Below, in pieces: positions 27,313-32,000 of a stretch of DNA of 32,000 bases. The position numbers were made by a program, and so were the translations under genes. Each line of letters begins with the position of its first letter. Position 1 is the first letter of the stretch. The notes under the pieces were generated by a model. The model made no database searches. It had not been told where the DNA came from and saw nothing but the letters and a program-made list of their open reading frames with translations. Source of the DNA: Coprobacillaceae bacterium (GTDB lineage: Bacteria; Bacillota_I; Bacilli_A; Erysipelotrichales; Coprobacillaceae); NCBI GenBank assembly GCA_963675915.1, contig OY780959.1, positions 2,160,001 to 2,192,000 of the forward strand, read 5' to 3'.

Positions 27313-28303
27313 ATGAAAATAGTAATCGCACAAAGTAATCCGGAAGTCACTGAATCAATGATCAGAATCAAAGAAATCATTCTTTCTCATCAGCCGGAAT
27401 GGGAAGTTATCACCTATCCATTCAAAGGGGATCTTGAAGAGTTCAAGCACGTTGTAAGTGATGCTGATGGCATAATAACGGCTTACGTCAAACTTGACCG
27501 GGAAATTATTGATGCCGCTAAAAAACTCAAGGCCGTCTCATATACATCTACTGGATACAATACGGTCGATCTGGAATATGCGACCAAGAAAAAAATCGCG
27601 GTTATGGCAATTCAGGAATATTGTACCGATGAAGTGGCCGACCACACGCTTGCGCTTCTTTTGGGGTTGTCGCGAGGTTTGAAAACATACATCCGGTCAA
27701 TCGATGAAGATAAAGCATGGAATGTCGGAGTTGTCGGGCAGCTTCATCGACTGAGAGGCCAAAAAATGTGGGATTTTTGGCTTTGGCCGGATTGGACGGG
27801 CGGTTGCCCAAAGAGCTCAGGCTTTTGGAATCGAAGTTTATGCTTACGACAAATATCTTGGTGATACCGATAACGAACTGAATGTTAAAATGGTCGATCC
27901 GGAGTTCATTTATGAAAACTGCAGTATCATTTCGAATCATATGGCACAAACCGAGGAGAATCGCTACTTCTTCAACCGAGATTCCTTCTCAAAAATGAAG
28001 AAGGCTCCGATTTTTATCAATGTCGGGCGGGGACTGGCAGTTGACCAGGAGGCGCTTTTGGATGCCCTCGATAAAGGATGGGTCACATCGGCCGGTCTCG
28101 ATGTTCTCGAGGTTGAGCATCCGGATATTACTGATTGCAAATTGGTCGGGCGAGAAGATGTCATTTTGACACCACATGCAGCCTTCTTTTCCAAGGAATC
28201 GATGGCTGATATCGTCAGAATCCCATGTGAAAATATCATCAATTACCTGATTGGCGATTACCCAAAATTATTCAAAATAATCAATCCGGAAATAATCGAT
28301 TAG
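27313..28303 (+). pseudogene. D-isomer-specific 2-hydroxyacid dehydrogenase family gene, disrupted by a +1 frameshift in an A6 run
   Basis: ORF 27313-27864 carries the substrate-binding half. The NAD-binding GIFGFGRIGRAV and the catalytic half (GRG, E, TPHAAF) continue in the next frame through 28303. Removing one A from 27761-27766 restores a 329-codon ORF (..LRGQKCGIFGFGRIG..). Confidence 0.85.
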
Positions 28304-28332
28304 CAATTCCGGATATAACCATTGTTATTTTT

Positions 28333-28377
28333 AATCAGCTACAATCCTGTTGGATGTAGGAGATGCTGATTTTTTTA
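28333..28377 (+). terminator. intrinsic terminator after the dehydrogenase pseudogene
   Basis: Stem AATCAGC..CTACA-ATCC/GGATGTAG..GCTGATT followed by T7. Confidence 0.75.
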
Positions 28378-28378
28378 G

Positions 28379-29812
<1,434 letters not shown>

Positions 29813-29891
29813 TAAGATTAGAAAAAATAATTAAAAATTATAATATTTGAAAAGGTAATGATTGCAACCATACTCCTTTTGATAATCTTTT

Positions 29892-29916
29892 AGCGCTCAT
29901 CAAGAGCGCTTTTTCT
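29892..29916 (+). terminator. intrinsic terminator after eno
   Basis: Stem AGCGCTC/GAGCGCT, 5-nt loop, T5. Confidence 0.75.
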
Positions 29917-29967
29917 TTATTTCAATTCAGACCATGTGATATATTATATTTAATGGAGGGATGGCAG

Positions 29968-30816
29968 ATGATAAAATTGATTGCAACCGATCTTGATGGA
30001 ACTTTGCTCAATGATAACAAGAAAATTTCCCGATTAAATCGGGAAACACTGATTGAGGCGCAGCGCCAAGGCTATATAGTTGCGTTGGCAACCGGACGGA
30101 ATTTCCATTCGATGGACCAGATTATTGCTGATTTAAAAATGGATCAGTTCAAAAGCGGCTATACTGTCGGAATCAACGGCATGCAGATCTATGATTTTAA
30201 AAGGGACAAGTATCTAAAAACTGAGGGAATCAGTGCGGACGCAACAGCCAAAATCCAAAATCTGATGGCAAGAAACAATTGTCTGTCATTTTACTTCAGT
30301 GATCAAGGCGTGATTTGTCTTTATAGCAAAATTATGGTTCCGTTTTTCAAGAATGGATTTGTGCGCCGAATTATCAACCGCTATGTTGCCGCAAGCAATC
30401 ACATCGAGGTCACTTTCAAGTCGCATCGTTACAGTTTGGAAAAATCCTACGATAAAATATGCTTTATCGTTTTCAATCGTCAAAAATTAAGACGGATCAG
30501 CGAAACGTTGGGGAATGACTATCGGATTCTTAAAGTGGGTCGTCGTTGGGTCGAAATCATCCCCAAAGAAGTCTCCAAATCAAATCGGTTAAAAGAAATA
30601 ATGGCAATGGAGGGCGTGGCTCCCGAAGAGATGATTGTTTTTGGTGATAGTGAGAATGATGTCGATATGTTTGGGTTGACGGCCAATTCATATGCTGTCG
30701 CAAATGGCTTGCCTGATGTGAGAAAAGCAGCCCAAAATATCATTTCCAGCAATAACGACGATGGAGTTGGAAAAGAAATCCGAAAGATAATCAGTGAGGG
30801 TCAAACAGTTGAATGA
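29968..30816 (+). CDS. Cof-type HAD-IIB family phosphatase
   Basis: RBS GGAGGG 7 nt before ATG 29968. The motif I sequence is IKLIATDLDGTLL, with ATGR and a C-terminal FGDSENDVDM. Confidence 0.85.
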   Translation: MIKLIATDLDGTLLNDNKKISRLNRETLIEAQRQGYIVALATGRNFHSMDQIIADLKMDQFKSGYTVGINGMQIYDFKRDKYLKTEGISADATAKIQNLMARNNCLSFYFSDQGVICLYSKIMVPFFKNGFVRRIINRYVAASNHIEVTFKSHRYSLEKSYDKICFIVFNRQKLRRISETLGNDYRILKVGRRWVEIIPKEVSKSNRLKEIMAMEGVAPEEMIVFGDSENDVDMFGLTANSYAVANGLPDVRKAAQNIISSNNDDGVGKEIRKIISEGQTVE

Positions 30817-30897
30817 AAAAGTGTTTTTCTGGGACGAAAATAGTTGATAAAAGCAAACTATATTTGATACAATTGTATTTCAGGAGGGCACTTGATT

Positions 30898-32000
30898 ATG
30901 GAAAGAGATATGACAAAGGGGTCGCCATTAAAACATATATTACTATTTACTATCCCGGTTTTTTTAGGTAACCTTTTTCAGCAGTTTTATAATATAGTTG
31001 ATGCAATAATTGTCGGGCGCTTATTGGGCGAAAATGCGCTTGCGGCAGTAGGATGCACCGGTTCGATTATGTTCCTTGTTGTCGGTTTTGCCTTAGGGAT
31101 GACTCAGGGGTTTGGAATTGGGATTTCAAGGGCATATGGACAAAAGGATTTCAAGCGGTTAAAACACCTTGTCTTTGTCACCCTGGTCCTTGGCGGGATC
31201 ATTGCAACAACACTAACACTGGTGGCAACCGGTTTTTCATACCGGATTCTGGCGTTGATGAACACTCCGGAAAATATCATCGACCTAGCCAACAGTTACA
31301 TTGTAATCATTTACCTGGGGATGCTGCCGCTGATTTATTACAATATTGCAGGAGCTATCTTGCGGGGAATCGGAGACAGTCGGACACCGCTGTATTTTTT
31401 GATTATTTCATCATTGCTTAACATCTTTTTCGATTACTCGTTCATTACTTTTTTTCATATGAGTGTCAACGGAGCAGCTCTGGCAACCGTAACTGCCCAA
31501 GGGATTGCAATGGTCCTGGTGTTCATCTATATGTTCTCCCGGTTTGAAATTTTACAATTCAAACGTGAACATTGCTACCTTGACTTGGAGTCGGTATCAT
31601 TTCTGATGAAAATCGGGATTCCGATGGCCTTGAATTTTTCAGTGATATCGATCGGGTTTATGATTCTTCAAAGCGCAGTCAATTCATTTGGATCCAGTGC
31701 GGTTGCCGCATTCACCGGAGCATCGCGGGTTGAGAATATCATAATCCAGGTGCTGCCGGCCTTGGGAGCCGGAGTGGCAACTTATTGCGGTCAGAATTAT
31801 GGTGCAGGAGAGTATCAACGAATAATCAAAGGAGTCAATCAGGCTGCTGTTTTCTCGGTGGTGCTGGCGGTTTTGGCGATGCTTCTACTGACATTATTTG
31901 GCGAATCGGGTGTTCGCTTGTTCCTGCAAAATCCATCCAATGAAGTGATTGGATATGCAAATCGATATTTGGAAAACATCCGATACATGCTGCCATTGTT
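30898..32000 (+). CDS. MATE family efflux transporter, 5' part; continues beyond the window
   Basis: RBS AGGAGGG 9 nt before ATG 30898. The frame is open to base 32000. MERDMTKGSPLKHILLFTIPVFLGNLFQQFYNIVDAIIVGRLLGENALAAVG is the canonical MATE N-terminus. The track ORF 31053-31421 is out of frame with it. Confidence 0.88.
   Translation, partial: MERDMTKGSPLKHILLFTIPVFLGNLFQQFYNIVDAIIVGRLLGENALAAVGCTGSIMFLVVGFALGMTQGFGIGISRAYGQKDFKRLKHLVFVTLVLGGIIATTLTLVATGFSYRILALMNTPENIIDLANSYIVIIYLGMLPLIYYNIAGAILRGIGDSRTPLYFLIISSLLNIFFDYSFITFFHMSVNGAALATVTAQGIAMVLVFIYMFSRFEILQFKREHCYLDLESVSFLMKIGIPMALNFSVISIGFMILQSAVNSFGSSAVAAFTGASRVENIIIQVLPALGAGVATYCGQNYGAGEYQRIIKGVNQAAVFSVVLAVLAMLLLTLFGESGVRLFLQNPSNEVIGYANRYLENIRYMLPL

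Noticed and set aside
31053-31421. 122-codon ORF and its antisense partner at 31104-31292
   Set aside because: It is out of frame with the MATE transporter ORF, which is open from 30898 to the window end and has clear family motifs. It is a shadow ORF.

Overview
This looks like a low-GC Bacillota (Firmicutes-like) chromosomal segment using the standard genetic code, since TGA is used as a stop. It is mostly a housekeeping block. It opens with the 3' end of dnaB, then tdk, a LUD-domain gene, and translationally coupled prfA-prmC-GNAT-tilS. These are followed by hpt, ftsH, hslO and dusB. Next comes a more accessory stretch: an FNT channel, an XRE regulator, yggS, a DUF389-Dabb-esterase operon, a flavin reductase-like gene and a zinc-ribbon/YbjQ protein. 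After that are a T-box-controlled lysS on the minus strand, an ArsR/SmtB repressor with a Zn/Cd-type P1B ATPase, and a TPP-riboswitch-controlled thiM::thiE fusion plus thiD. The window ends with a frameshifted D-2-hydroxyacid dehydrogenase, eno, a Cof-type HAD phosphatase and the 5' part of a MATE efflux gene. I found no rRNA, tRNA or CRISPR array. The most striking feature is an 1886-bp IS4-superfamily (IS1634-like) element inserted in a redoxin/peroxiredoxin-like gene and flanked by a 474-bp direct duplication with one mismatch. The duplication copies the promoter, RBS and first 89 codons, so the downstream gene copy stays intact. A second item worth follow-up is a roughly 965-bp AT-rich gap without ORFs (1830-2795) that carries a near-consensus minus-strand promoter. 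Smaller items are an orphan promoter/terminator mini-unit, a 32-codon membrane micro-ORF coupled to hslO, and several operator-like palindromes. I did not see a clearly new multi-gene system, and the candidates below are labelled accordingly. All family names rest on motif recognition by eye, not on database searches.
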